A stretch of DNA of 64,000 nucleotides from Phyllosticta citribraziliensis (GCF_038025025.1 NW_027117338.1:1116001-1180000), one strand, 5' to 3'. Numbered from the stretch's first letter, positions 36,354-48,352 are shown. The notes: generated by a model from the letters alone, not told the origin. Numbers and translations: made by a program.

Positions 36354-37833
36354 TATGCGAGCAAGCGAGCGAGCGAGCGCCAGCCGCAAGATGGAAAACG
36401 ACGACGTATAGTAAACACGCTCGGCCAAACGTGCGCGGTTTCAGAGCGCTGATTTGCTCATTTTTTCACGTTCCCCCTCCCTCTGAATTTTTTGTTTTCT
36501 TTTTGGCTTGCGAGCGAGAGTTTTTTCATCTGAAGAAAGTGAGGCGGTGCGGCTTCGGGAGGCGGGAGGCAAGAAAAGTGAGGTGAGCGACGCACGCGGG
36601 CGGCTGGGCTGGGCTGAGCGGGTACTGTAAGCAGATAATGTGCATGCATGCGTAATTGGTTGGGTGCGTTGTAAGAAAAGTCAGAAGGGGAAAAAGGGAG
36701 GAGATTGGAAGAATGATGGGCTGCTGGTTGGCTGGTTGGCTGCAGCAGAGGAGAGAGAGTGTGTGTGTGGCGCCGTGGTGGGAGTGGTGGGTGACGGGCA
36801 ACGTGTTTCTAGATGAGCGAAGAATAAAAGATGGATGGATAGAGGGAGGCATGAGTAATCAGCGCGCGTGCGTGTCGTCCGTCTTGCTTGCTGCTCGCCG
36901 GTATCTGGTGGAATGAATGGCTGACTTTTGGTCGATCGCCTGGCTGATGCTGAAGAAAACAAGACGCGTGTCGAAAGGACTAGCGAGTAGAGCTGGGAAT
37001 ACTGTACCAGGTAAAATGGCGGAAGAAGAACGGTAGCGTGTGCCAGAGGAGTCTTTGCGGACGTGGGAGTGGCATTGCTCCTTCTCTTCTCCATCTTCTG
37101 CTCCTTTTCCTGGAAAATACATCGAAAGAAGGTCAGCCAGTTTCGTCCATGCCTCTGGGTACCTTAATCGACGCACTCTCATAATCTCACGACTGCCGCG
37201 TCCACATCATCAATCGATACTTGGTACAACGCGGGCGGTACATGTGAACGAGCCACCCCTCCCCCACGACTGAAAAAGTCCGGATGCGCACGAGGTGAGA
37301 GAGTGGGGGGCTCAAATCGCCTCGTCCCACATGAACGATGAAAGTGGGATGGAGAGACAATCAGATACCAACGTGAAGGCACCAAACTGCGCAGCTCGAC
37401 GTACAAGCAAGCGACCTGGATGACGACAAACGCCTGGATATTTTTTATTTCCCGGAGAGAAGTTGAGACAGGACTAAAACATCGAAACAAGATGGTGATG
37501 GATGGGTAGTTGACTCTCGACGCGCATGCATGGTTTGAGTCAGCCGCGACAAGGATGGCAGACGCGCTCCAATCGCATGGCGCGCCGCGCTGAGTGAGCA
37601 AAGTCGAACGTAGGGAAATGTTTCGCTTCTGATGGTGCCGTGCAATGGCATGCGATGAAACTCCTTGGTGTTGTTTCAGGGAGCCAGGGCGGCGGAATCA
37701 AAAAATGTCTGGTGCACCATGACGCAACACTAGAAAACGACCGGGACACAGAGCACCAACGCCGTCAGCATGCCAGTGGTTATTTCTCTAGCTCAATCGC
37801 ACCCGACCGGTGTTCTACCCTCGTCGCACCTCC

Positions 37834-39081
37834 TCACAAGGGCTGTGGGAACTTGAGCGTCTCAATCTTCTCGGGATAACGCAGCCCGGCCTGCTTGCGC
37901 ACCTCGTCCATGACCTCCATGATGGTGACACTCTCGGCCAGGTCCTCGAACCTGCCCTCCTTCCTGCCCTCGAGCAGCGCCGTCGCTGCCTCGTCCGCCT
38001 CCCAGAACATGCCCTGACCTTCGCCCTCAGGTTGGAAGGCATCGCCAAAGCCGTTGCGCCATCCGCTTCCCTTGCCCGGGCCCGGCTGCGGCCACTCGCG
38101 CTCGTCCACCGTTCCGTCGTCGAGGATAAGGCGCGTCTTGCTCGGACGGTACAGTGGCGGGAAGATCTGGATTTCGCCCTTCTCACCCTGCACGCGACAC
38201 GCGGGCCCGGCAATACTGTCGCCGGTTGGGTTTGACGAGTAGCGGATGCCAGTCGTAGCGACGGCATGGACATCGCCAGTCTTGGGGCGAGGGAAAGTGA
38301 GCAGTATGGTTGTGAGCTCGTCGGCAGCACCAGTGGGGGTGAAGCGCTTGAGCGACGAAAGAACCGACGGCGGCTTGCGGTCTGCCGGCGGGAGCGTCGT
38401 GTAGAGGGTTTGGAAGACCCAGGTCAACGAGTAGATGCCCAGGTCGAGGAGAGCACCGCCTGCCAGATCTGGGTTTACCATGCGATTCTTGCCATCAGCC
38501 ATGGCGTTGTAGGGGTCGAGGGCGTGGCTCGTGTCGGCAGAGACGCGTTGGATCTCGCCGAGCTTGCCAGACTGAATCGTCTCGCGGACATAGATGGACA
38601 GGGGGAAGTATCGGGTCCAGACGGCCTCCATGAGGAAGAGGTTCTACAATCGTCAGACTGACAGTTGCAGAATCACCGCACGCAAGCATACCTTTTCCTT
38701 GGCTATCCTCACCAGCTCCTTGAGCTGGTCGGCGTTGACGGTGAATGCCTTTTCGCACAGGACATTCTTGCCGGCCTCCAGACACAGCCTTGCATTCTGA
38801 TAGTGATGCGAGTGGGGGGTTGCAATGTAGATAATGTCGATGTTGGGGTCGGTGACGAATTCTTCGTAGGAGCCGTAGGCTTTGGCGGAGGAGGGAGCAC
38901 CGACTTCCTTGAGGAAATCAGAGGCACGAGAGGCGCTCGAAGAGCTGGCGGCGGCGACGACGGTGTGCTTGACGTTGGTCACTCCACGGGTGGTAGGGTC
39001 GACGAGGAGGTCTCTGGTGAAGGTCAGGGCAATGCCTCCGGTGGCCAGGATGCCCCAGCGGATCTCTTTGGGCGCAGACAT
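37834..39081 (-). CDS. Gfo/Idh/MocA-family NAD(P) oxidoreductase (dihydrodiol/D-xylose dehydrogenase-like)
   Basis: Exons 39081-38692 and 38643-37834. Motifs IRWGILATGGIA, YIATPHSHHY, VLCEKAF, LMEAVWTRYFP, GGALLDLGIY. Confidence 0.93.
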
Positions 39082-39313
39082 GATTAGGAGGGAGGGATTG
39101 AAGAGGGTGAGAAGTGGGATAGGGTCAATTGGGCGGACGGGCAAGAGTTTATCACAATGGGAGCTCTCCACTGGAGAAGTACAAGTACCCCGCCAGAGAG
39201 CTCTGACTGATGGAGTAATGACGAAAGTGGGGCTCAGCGGCCGTGCGGGAAATAACTTCCCAAATCTGAATGCTTTCTTCTATCAACACCACGCCCATCC
39301 CACCCTCACCACT

Positions 39314-40333
39314 TCAACCATTGCGGAACAGGTAACTGTAGGCGTTGAGCGCCGGCGCGCCACCCAAGTGTGCATATAGCACGCGGCTGCCCTCTGGAAA
39401 CTCGCCGTTCCGGATCATCTGGATCATGCCGTCCATCGACTTGCCCTCGTATACGGGATCCGTCAACATGCCCTCGGTCCTGGCGCACAGCCTGATGGCC
39501 TCCATCGTGCCCTCGTTGGGCAGTCCGTACTCGGGCCCGCCGAACCGCGTGTCCAGCACCACGTCGTCCTCTGTGATTTCGCGCCCCAGCTCGACCAAGT
39601 CTGCCGTGTTCCTAGCGATGCGGAGAACCTGCGCGCGCGTCTTCTCGGGCTTCGCGCTGCCGTCGATGCCAATGACCTTGTTGGCGCGTCCGTCGGCCGC
39701 GAATCCTACAATCATGCCCGCCTGCGTCGACCCCGTCACGGCGCATACGACGATGTAGTCGAACTTGAACCCCAGCTCGGCCTCCTGTTTCCTGACCTCC
39801 TCGGCGAATCCCACGAAGCCCAGTCCGCCCTTGGGATGCTCCGAGCAGCCCGCCGGCACGGGAAATGGTTTGCCGCCTTTCGAGCGTACCTCGTCCATGG
39901 CTGCCTCCCAGCTGGGCCGGATGCCAATGTCGAATCCTGCCGCGTCGAGGCGCACGTCAGCGCCGAGGATGCGCGACAGCTCAATGTTGCCAACCCGGTC
40001 GTAGACGGCGTCGTGGTAGTTGACCCAATTCTCCTGCACCAAGACGCAGGACATGCCCAGGTGTGCCGCTACCGCTGCGACCTGGCGCGTCTGGTTCGAC
40101 TGGATCCCGCCAATCGACACGAGCGTGTCGTAGCCTCCTTCAATGGCATCCGGCACAATGTACTCGAGCTTGCGCGTCTTGTTGCCGCCGAACGCCAGTC
40201 CCGAGTTGCAGTCCTCGCGTTTGGCGTAGATTTGCACCTTGTTGCCCAGTTCCGCCGACAGTCGCTTGAGATGTTGGATGGGCGTCGGCCCGGAGAAGGT
40301 GAGGTCGTACTTGGGGAACTTGTCGAGCTTCAT
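39314..40333 (-). CDS. acdS: 1-aminocyclopropane-1-carboxylate (ACC) deaminase
   Basis: Intronless, 339 aa. PLP lysine motif [28 protein letters not shown]; the diagnostic Glu (TDPVYEGKS) and Leu (AHLGG) that separate ACC deaminase from D-cysteine desulfhydrase. Confidence 0.97.
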   Translation of the reverse strand: MKLDKFPKYDLTFSGPTPIQHLKRLSAELGNKVQIYAKREDCNSGLAFGGNKTRKLEYIVPDAIEGGYDTLVSIGGIQSNQTRQVAAVAAHLGMSCVLVQENWVNYHDAVYDRVGNIELSRILGADVRLDAAGFDIGIRPSWEAAMDEVRSKGGKPFPVPAGCSEHPKGGLGFVGFAEEVRKQEAELGFKFDYIVVCAVTGSTQAGMIVGFAADGRANKVIGIDGSAKPEKTRAQVLRIARNTADLVELGREITEDDVVLDTRFGGPEYGLPNEGTMEAIRLCARTEGMLTDPVYEGKSMDGMIQMIRNGEFPEGSRVLYAHLGGAPALNAYSYLFRNG

Positions 40334-41147
40334 GGCGGGGTAGGTGCGGGTGGTAGGCGTGTGGATAGGTACCGTGGAATTGGGTTCAACTATCTACCAT
40401 TGGCAACCCGTTCCTCTTCATATGTTTCTTCTGGACGCCATCCAGTGTCGGCTACAGCCGGCCGAATGCGTCATGCGACAGTCTTCGGCTTCACATTGAC
40501 CTTGCCGACCGACATCGCAGAGCTGTTGATGTGCCAGACTGTCGTGACTGTGGCTTTCAAGTCAGCGAATTATCCGAGCTAGTGATCTTCAGGCCCACCG
40601 CCAGCGTCTCCATGCTGGACAACGCCCAATTCTGGAATAAAGCGTCAGCGAGAGGGCAAGCTGACCGTGATAGCTTTCAGACTTCCCATTCAATCGTCCA
40701 TCATTAAACAATGGTTGCGATTGAGGATGCACCAAAAAATGTCAGGAGCAGGAACATGCGGGCAGCTGCTAACTTTTGCTGATAAGCACGAGTGGGTCCT
40801 GCGACTTCAAGGGTCCGGCCCTATCTATCACCACTGCCGGATACGGCAATCCAGGCGATCGCCCTCTAAAACTAGACGCCGCGCAGCAACGTCCGTGGCT
40901 TGGTGCTTGATGCCACAGTCGAGGAACACAGAAGAGTGCGAGAGCAGATGGGGAGCACTCGTGCACTTCACCAAGCAAATGGTAGGAAGGAATGAAGCTC
41001 TTTCGCCGAGAGTACCCAGGAGCAATCGAGCACTTACGTGAAGCATTGAAGCCCCAGATTGTGGAATCCCAAAAGTTGTTTGCGTGCTACAAATTTTGCT
41101 GTCCATCCTGTGCCCCCCTCAAAGTATCTCAACCCCCTTTCTCCTGA

Positions 41148-43235
41148 TCAATCCAAATACAGCGCCGTCCTGACCACGCGCTCCCACAAGCCCCCTGACA
41201 ACAGCTCGTCGCTCCACTCGCCGCGCCACCCCACGATCCCGTCCGGCCGCACCAGCACTGCGCCGTCGATACTGACGCCGCACGCCGCAGCCCACGCGCC
41301 GTCGCGGTCGTAATACGTTTCCATGCCTCCGCCCTTCCCCTCATCAACCCCCCTCTCCCCCTGGACAACCACGCCCCTGACCAGCCCGCCAACCACCTTC
41401 TCCCACCCCGCTCCGCTCTGCCGCGCAATCAGGAGCAGGCGGTCCAGCGGCAGCAGGTCGCGCAGTGCCACCGCCTTGTGATCTTCTCTGGCTGCTTCTT
41501 GGACCTGCCCGTCGTTTGAGTTTTGATGCTGCCGCCGCACAACCCACGCATGCGGCAAATGGTGGCCTGGCAGCGTCGACGCGGCGAAGACGTCGCTGCG
41601 GAACGCGCCAGTCGAGTCGAGCTGCCCGCCCTCGAGCGGGTCGCGCGCGACGGCGATGGATGGCGGTAGAGGAGCGCGGCCGTTTGGAGTCGCGTCTGCC
41701 TCTGCGCCGACACTGCCATTCGATTCTGCCCCTTTCGAGACAGCCTCGCTGCTCGTCGCCGGCGCCACTCTCTCCGCAACGCTGGGATAGAACCAGCCGA
41801 CCTCGGTTCCGGGGGCCTTGAACTCGCGATCTAGGACATGCAAAGCGTCGGCGACGGCAGCGCGCTTCTCTGCGTAGGCAGGGTGACGCGGGTCGAAGAA
41901 GGCATCGACGGCGGCGCGGTTGCGGGACACCGTGGCCCCGTCGGTGCCCGGCTCGAGGCCCAGCGCGGCGTCGAGGACGAGCGAGTGCGCGCGCAGGTTG
42001 TGCAGCGATGAGAGGCCAACGGCGCGGCCGACGGGGAGGCGCTCGGTGGTGTAGGAGGAGAGGAGGGGGAATAGGGAGTCTTCAGTCGCCGCCGCGGCCA
42101 TGGTTGCTGTAGCGCCTTGTTCTTGTCCGTCGAGCAGCGAGCGCAGCGCCGCGGGCGGATCGAGGGCCATGGCCAGCTTCCACATCAGATTGAAGGCATC
42201 CTGAATGCCCGTATTCATGCCCAGTGCGCCCCACGGCGGAATCTTGTGCGCCGCGTCGCCAGTAAGGAAGACGCGCCCGCGCTGGCCGGCGCGGTACGTC
42301 GCGGCGTAGATGGCGTTGACGTTCCAGTGTGACAGACTGAGCACGTCAATGGATACGTCGTCAGTGATTCCCAGAGTGTCCAGGATGCGACGAGCCAGCG
42401 CCGAGCGGTCAAAGTGCGCCGGGTCGTGAGCAGTTGGAGAGCACACAAAGACCCATTCTTCATCTTGCGGCTTGTCTGAAAGGGGCCAGGGCCCGATTTG
42501 GTACATGAAGCCCGTCCTGGTGCTCCCGCCACGGTCCGGGTGTGTCAACCAGGTGATGAAGTTGTTCGGATCCGGGTGAGTGGCCCGAAGCGGCGCGCGT
42601 ATGTGCGCCGTCACCATGTTGTAGATGTCACGCTCGCCGAGCCAGGGGACGGAGAGGGCCGACGTGAAGGAGCGTCCACCGTCGGCGCAGATGACGAACT
42701 TCGCATGGACGGTTTCTTCTGGGGAAGACGGGCCCCTGTCGAGGTGGCGTACTTGAAGCGTGACAGTGTCTTGGTCTGCAGAATCAGACAGAGACGTCAC
42801 CTCTGCCGAGTACTTGATGGCCGTGGGATTCAGCTGCTCGGCTCTGCGTTTGAGGATGGGTTCCAGTCTGATTTGGGGGAGAATGGCATAGCGGGTCGGC
42901 CCATGCCTGGCATACTCTTCAGCATCGGGGCCGCCTCCCCAAGCATAACGGGATGCTATCTCTTTGCCCCTTGGGCCAATTTCGGTGTACCATGATGTCC
43001 GTCCTGCTATTTCGGGTGGAGCTGAGACGGCGTAGACCTCCTCTTCGATTCCCATGACACGAAAGATCTCCGTGGTCCGCTGATTGATCCCACATGCCTT
43101 GGGATGTATCGCCGTCCCAGGGTGTCGTTCGAACAAGACATGGGGTATGTTTCTGAGAGTCAGTAGAATCGAACAAGACAGCCCGATGGGTCCGCCGCCG
43201 ATAATAGCAACTGGTTGTACGCTAGATCTAGACAT
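41148..43235 (-). CDS. FAD-dependent aromatic monooxygenase (PheA/TfdB, FAD_binding_3 family)
   Basis: Intronless, 695 aa. GGGPIGL Rossmann motif, HPKACGINQRTTEIFR, ICADG, VFLTGDAAHKIPPWGALGMNTGIQDAFNL.WKL, PG.HLPHAW, GAVLVRPDG. Confidence 0.9.
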   Translation of the reverse strand: MSRSSVQPVAIIGGGPIGLSCSILLTLRNIPHVLFERHPGTAIHPKACGINQRTTEIFRVMGIEEEVYAVSAPPEIAGRTSWYTEIGPRGKEIASRYAWGGGPDAEEYARHGPTRYAILPQIRLEPILKRRAEQLNPTAIKYSAEVTSLSDSADQDTVTLQVRHLDRGPSSPEETVHAKFVICADGGRSFTSALSVPWLGERDIYNMVTAHIRAPLRATHPDPNNFITWLTHPDRGGSTRTGFMYQIGPWPLSDKPQDEEWVFVCSPTAHDPAHFDRSALARRILDTLGITDDVSIDVLSLSHWNVNAIYAATYRAGQRGRVFLTGDAAHKIPPWGALGMNTGIQDAFNLMWKLAMALDPPAALRSLLDGQEQGATATMAAAATEDSLFPLLSSYTTERLPVGRAVGLSSLHNLRAHSLVLDAALGLEPGTDGATVSRNRAAVDAFFDPRHPAYAEKRAAVADALHVLDREFKAPGTEVGWFYPSVAERVAPATSSEAVSKGAESNGSVGAEADATPNGRAPLPPSIAVARDPLEGGQLDSTGAFRSDVFAASTLPGHHLPHAWVVRRQHQNSNDGQVQEAAREDHKAVALRDLLPLDRLLLIARQSGAGWEKVVGGLVRGVVVQGERGVDEGKGGGMETYYDRDGAWAAACGVSIDGAVLVRPDGIVGWRGEWSDELLSGGLWERVVRTALYLD

Positions 43236-44560
43236 GAGGAAGGGTTCTTTTGTCGAACCGATATAATTTCAAGACTAGACAATGACCGTGACTACCTTCA
43301 AAGCGCTTGATTCGGCCCCGCTCTTAAGTATAGATGAGTATTCCTTATACAACCGGCTCCAAGCGGAATCTCGAGGAAAGTCGGCAATGCCAGCTCTGAT
43401 GCAGAGGAGCCCGGTAATCCCGAAATCCCGAACTCATTTAGAATAGTTGTTCAGGTTGAAGCAACCTTGACGGCTAGATTTAAATCCGAATGTCTAGGCA
43501 CGGCTGACGTGGTTTTGACTTATACTGGGGTTCGTAACGGGCTTGGGCCAATAAGAATGTGTTTGCCGCGGATGGTCAAGCTGTCGTGACTAAGCAGAGT
43601 AAAGCTTTAGAAATTTTGCATAACAAGAGTACAGGTTTGAAAAGGTAGGAGACTCGGGCATACGAATACTTTGAGCCGATGTAAGAAGGGCAAGATGAAC
43701 GCAGCAGACTTGCGCCAAGAGCCAAGAGGAAGGCGAAGTCGGATGGCTTCTCATCAAGGTAATGCTGGATGTTAGCTTCAGACGCGACTCAATGCTTACA
43801 GCTCGTTAAGTCACCGTGCAGATGCAAGAATCAAGCGAATCGTATCAATCCCACTCCTGATGACGAGAAGGTTCCCACAATTTGAATGCCATGGCTGCCG
43901 GAGACCGACCATGGTCTTGGCGAATTGTGCATCAAGCAGTGGCATCCCCAACGCTGGAATGTTGTTGAAGCTGGTCGCCAGAAGATTAATGAGTGTCCGA
44001 CAAAGGAAGTGATGCTGCCGCAGAATTCAATCGCAAGCGAAGAGTCCACTCCACCAAGGCCGGGATCGGAGATGTAAGAAGCAAAAACAACGGAGCCATC
44101 ACTGATATCCCTCTCTTCTCATGGCATCCTTTTAAACGCTGTTCCCATCCCCTTCTGGAGCTTGGCTATCAGAAGTTTCCGAATCGGGAGCTCATGGTCC
44201 ACTAGGAGCGTCGTCAGCATGTCATTTCTGCGAGTATTCAAAAAACGGATTTGAAGCCGCAATCATGTGCAACCAGGTCAGACGCGCTCCGCTGAAGAAG
44301 CTGAGGATGAGTCCATGGATAGATTCTCGCAAAGTTCAGAGCTGCAAAAGGTATCTCGAACCCCAAACGCCTCCCTCGGCGAGTCAAATCAAAGATGGCC
44401 TGATTGACAGCGTCTATTCACGACGCTGGTGCCATTTTCGCCGGCTTCGCAGCCCCTTGCGCGCCGTAAACAGATCCCGAACAATTCAAGCCGTTCCCAA
44501 AATCATTTGTTATGCGTATAGTGATATCGCGGGTATCGCGGGGATTCGGGTGGTGGACGT

Positions 44561-45028
44561 TTAGCGCTTGCGCTCGAAGTATCCGCTGGTGCTCATGATG
44601 GCGACGCTCTGATCCATGAGGACTTCGCCAACCCAGAGGTAGTTGTCAAGCCACTTTTTGATGTTGTCGGACTGGGTCAAGCTCTCGGGCTTGACACTAG
44701 GTCTACGAGTCCCAGAAAAGCGGGAGGAAGTCAGCGGGCTGTTGCAGTTGATGGTGGGGTGAGATGGCGAGGTGAGAGGAGAGGTCAGGCAGCAGACGGG
44801 AGGGCATACGTAAGGCCGGTCGAGCGCTTGACGCCAGCGAGGAAAGCGGAGACTGGATCATGTTAGAGCGAGCGAGGTCGGGAGAGGGTTTGATTAATGG
44901 AGGCGCACAGAGAACGGCGTCAAAGGCGTAGTGGGTCAGTCGTCCGAGCTACAGGTGAGGTGGTGAGCGCGTGGTGTTTTGGAAGCCGGCGGCGGGTGGA
45001 GGCGGGTGGAGTGACAACTTACGACCAT
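44561..45028 (-). CDS. 76-aa DUF1748-family small protein (absent from the ORF track)
   Basis: Exons 45028-45023, 44948-44909, 44852-44810, 44702-44561, all GT-AG with branch points. Product: MVLGRLTHYAFDAVLFSAFLAGVKRSTGLTPSVKPESLTQSDNIKKWLDNYLWVGEVLMDQSVAIMSTSGYFERKR. Confidence 0.88.
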
Positions 45029-46150
45029 GATGGCTGCTTTGTTTCGGGGGTGGCAAAGGGGGAACAGACTGGAGCGGGCGATGCGGCGATTCAGCGACAC
45101 GGGCAAGCAGAGTGGTGCAAGATGAGTGGAAAGTGGGCGAGGGGAGAGTACAGGTGCGAGGAGAGAGAGAGGCGTGAGATGCAGGTCGCGACGATGGAAG
45201 TAGCAGACCAGGGCAGTGGTTGGCTGAGCGAGCGGGGCGGGACGGGACCGGGAGTCGGTCGGGGCGTCGGGAGATTCGGGACCCGGCTCGGGGGGCGGAA
45301 CAACGACGCACGAGCCAAGGGCCGACGGGCGGAGTGGTGGAGTGCAGCTGAGATAAGCGCCAAGCGAGCGCACAAGCCCTAGCTTAATCCAGAATAGCCG
45401 CCTGCCTGTTGCTGGTGTTATCACAATCCCTGTCCATGTCACCCCTCCGGTCCTGCAGAGAGAGACAGCACGGCACCGACAGCACGGCACTAGACGACGA
45501 GTGCTAGATCCAATCAGGAATCGACCCAGTCAGAGTCAGGTCGGAAAAGTGTGAGTGCTTCCGCCGCTAGTGCACTTGGCTTCATTTTTGTGTCGCGTCG
45601 CGAGGGCCGTCCCGCTGCCAGAGGATTTGTTTGCTTGCGACTGCTCACGTTTGGCCAGAAGCCAATCGCTGCGCAGCAACTAGTCACGGTGGCTCAGATT
45701 CAAATCCACCGCGTTTCGGTGGGCGTGGGCGTGGGCGTGGGCACTGGGCAGCGCACGGCAGGGCAGGTCTGAGCGACGGTGGGGTTGAGCTGGTCAACAG
45801 ATCGAGCTGCGTACAGAAGCTGACCTCACGTTAGAACGGCCGGCCGTTGAAATAGGATACAATGCGTTTCAACATAGCTCATTCGTTGAACCCCCGGGTG
45901 GGCTACAAGCTCTTGGGCCAGCACGCCCAATTGGTGAGTCTAGGTCTTGGGTGTCTCGGACCCTAAGAAAAAAAACCCGCCTCGCCCGCTCCCAGTCGGA
46001 GCTGCCCATCCCACCACATTTCTTCTCCGACGCCGCAGCCCACCCTCCGCCCTCTCCCTCTTAATCTTCACCAGCTTCCCCTCCTCTCTTTTTGCTGCAA
46101 CACCCGCTTCAACACCTCTCTCCCTCTTCTAGATACCCCCGCTCAAGAAA

Positions 46151-48028
46151 ATGGCCAACGCCCTCGACCACCTCCATGCCGGCCGCACTCGCGTTGAGTG
46201 GCTGTCGCAGCTCAACACCGAGTACCGCCCCGCGAAGAACTACCGCCGCACTGCCATCATTGGCACCATTGGTGCGTTCGCTTTGCGGATTCCCTCCTGC
46301 TTCCTGCCGCTTGCAAGCTAACCCAATCCCAAACAGGCCCCAAGACCAACTCCGCCGAGAAGATCAACCTTCTCCGCAAGTGTCAGTTCCCCCCAAAGCT
46401 TTCCGCGTCACTGAGCTTCAAAGCTGACACAATCCAGCCGGCCTGAACATTGTTCGCATGAACTTTTCCCACGGTTCATACGAGGTAAGGAGAAGCTGAC
46501 TAGTAGCATGCTCATCATGCTTCGAGGAGAAAAAGGCAAAATGGCTGACCTCTGTACAGTACCACCAGTCCGTCATTGACAACGCCCGCGAGGCCGAGCG
46601 CACCCAGACTGGCCGCCCTCTCGCCATTGCTCTCGACACTGTAAGCTCCTCGCTCTATTCTCCACTTTCAATTCCTAACTCCCCAACAGAAAGGCCCCGA
46701 GATCCGCACGGGCAACACCGTTGACGACCAGGACCACCCCATCAGCGCCGGTGACGAGCTCATCATCACCACCGACGACAAGTATGCGACGGCCTGCGAC
46801 AACAAGATCATGTACGTCGACTACAAGAACATCACCAAGGTGATTGAGGTTGGCCGCATCATCTTCGTTGACGACGGTGTCCTGTCCTTCACCGTCGAGG
46901 AGATTGTCGACGACAAGACCCTGCGCTGCAAGTGCGTCAACAACGGCAAGATCTCGTCCAAGAAGGGTGTCAACCTGCCCAAGACCGACATTGACCTTCC
47001 CGCCCTCTCCGAAAAGGACAAGAGCGACCTGAGATTCGGTGTCAAGAACAAGGTCGACATGGTCTTTGCCTCGTTCATCCGCCGCGGCAGCGACATCAAG
47101 GCCATCCGTGAGGTCCTTGGTGAGGATGGCAAGGAGATTCAGATCATCGCCAAGATTGAGAACCAACAAGGTGTCAACAACTTTGACGAGATCCTTAGGG
47201 AGACTGACGGTGTCATGGTCGCCCGTGGTGACCTTGGTATTGAGATTCCTCCCGCTCAGGTCTTCATCGCCCAGAAGATGATGATCACCAAGTGCAACAT
47301 TGCCGGCAAGCCCGCCATTTGCGCTACCCAGATGCTCGAGTCCATGACCTACAACCCCCGCCCCACCCGTGCTGAGGTTTCCGACGTTGGCAACGCCGTC
47401 CTCGACGGTGCCGACTGCGTCATGCTTTCTGGCGAGACTGCCAAGGGCAACTACCCCCAGGAGGCTGTCTCGATGATGAACGAGACTTGCCTGCTCGCCG
47501 AGGTTGCCATTCCCTACCTCAGCGCCTTTGACGAGCTCAGGAAGCTCGCCCCCGTCCCCGTCCCTACCACCGAGACTTGCGCCATGGCCGCCGTCTCTGC
47601 CTCTCTCGAGCAGAACGCCGGTGCTATCCTTGTCCTGACCACCAGCGGTAACACTGCCCGCCTGGTCGCCAAGTACCGCCCCGTCTGCCCCATCATCATG
47701 GTCACCCGCAACGCTGCTGCTGCCAGAGTACGTTTGTCCCCTGAATGAAGTCTACATTTTTCCTAACAAAACATAGTATTCTCACCTGTACCGCGGTGTC
47801 TACCCCTTCTACTTCCCCGAGGAGAAGCCCGACTTCAAGAATGCTCCTTGGCAGGAGGATGTCGACCGCCGTCTCAAGTGGGGCATCATGAACGCCATCA
47901 AGCTCGGCGTTCTCAACCGCGGCGACGCTGTTGTCTGTGTCCAGGGCTGGCGCGGCGGCATGGGCCACACCAACACCCTCCGCATTGTGCCCGCTCAGGA
48001 GGACCTCGGCCTCGATCAGGAGGCTTAA
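46151..48028 (+). CDS. PYK1: Pyruvate kinase
   Basis: Exons 46151-46271, 46337-46381, 46438-46484, 46560-46640, 46690-47727, 47777-48028. Motifs [53 protein letters not shown]. Strong C-ending codon bias. Confidence 0.98.
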
Positions 48029-48352
48029 GTTACTAATCAACCCAGTGCAGGAACTCGTCAAGTACGAGAGTAGGTATATGGGAGAGTTTTGAACCGCAAA
48101 AGCGCTTTGATTGAGGACAGTACAATGTCTGCGAGACGAAGCCGGGGAAAATGATCGCACGACGAAGAAATGGAACGGGACCCGCATTAGAAGGATGTGA
48201 ATGGGCCGGAGTAACTGGACGGTTTCACGATTTTGACTGAATTCATGAAAATTTCTAATTTCATTGACGTGCAATGTTCAAATCCGCTGAAGACGTGCGA
48301 CACGGGGATGCCTGAGAACCAGTTTCCTTTCTACGATCCATCTCTTGGTGTA

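Noticed and set aside
34916..37833. Telomerase RNA candidate (size, long stems, CTGACTTTT/AAAAGTCAG blocks)
   Set aside because: No TAACCCTAA template on either strand; the closest match is AAACCCTACC at about 35424.
39200..39272. ATGACGA...CTGA C/D-box-like and RNase MRP/hammerhead-like words
   Set aside because: Imperfect boxes, no terminal stem or partner motifs, and located in a 230-bp promoter.
43820..44564. Short ORFs between the monooxygenase and the DUF1748 gene (possible gene relic)
   Set aside because: No recognisable homology and no consistent frame or splice pattern.
46485..46559. Second branch point plus TAG in pyruvate kinase intron 3 (possible nested intron)
   Set aside because: The internal unit would be only about 20 nt, too short to splice.
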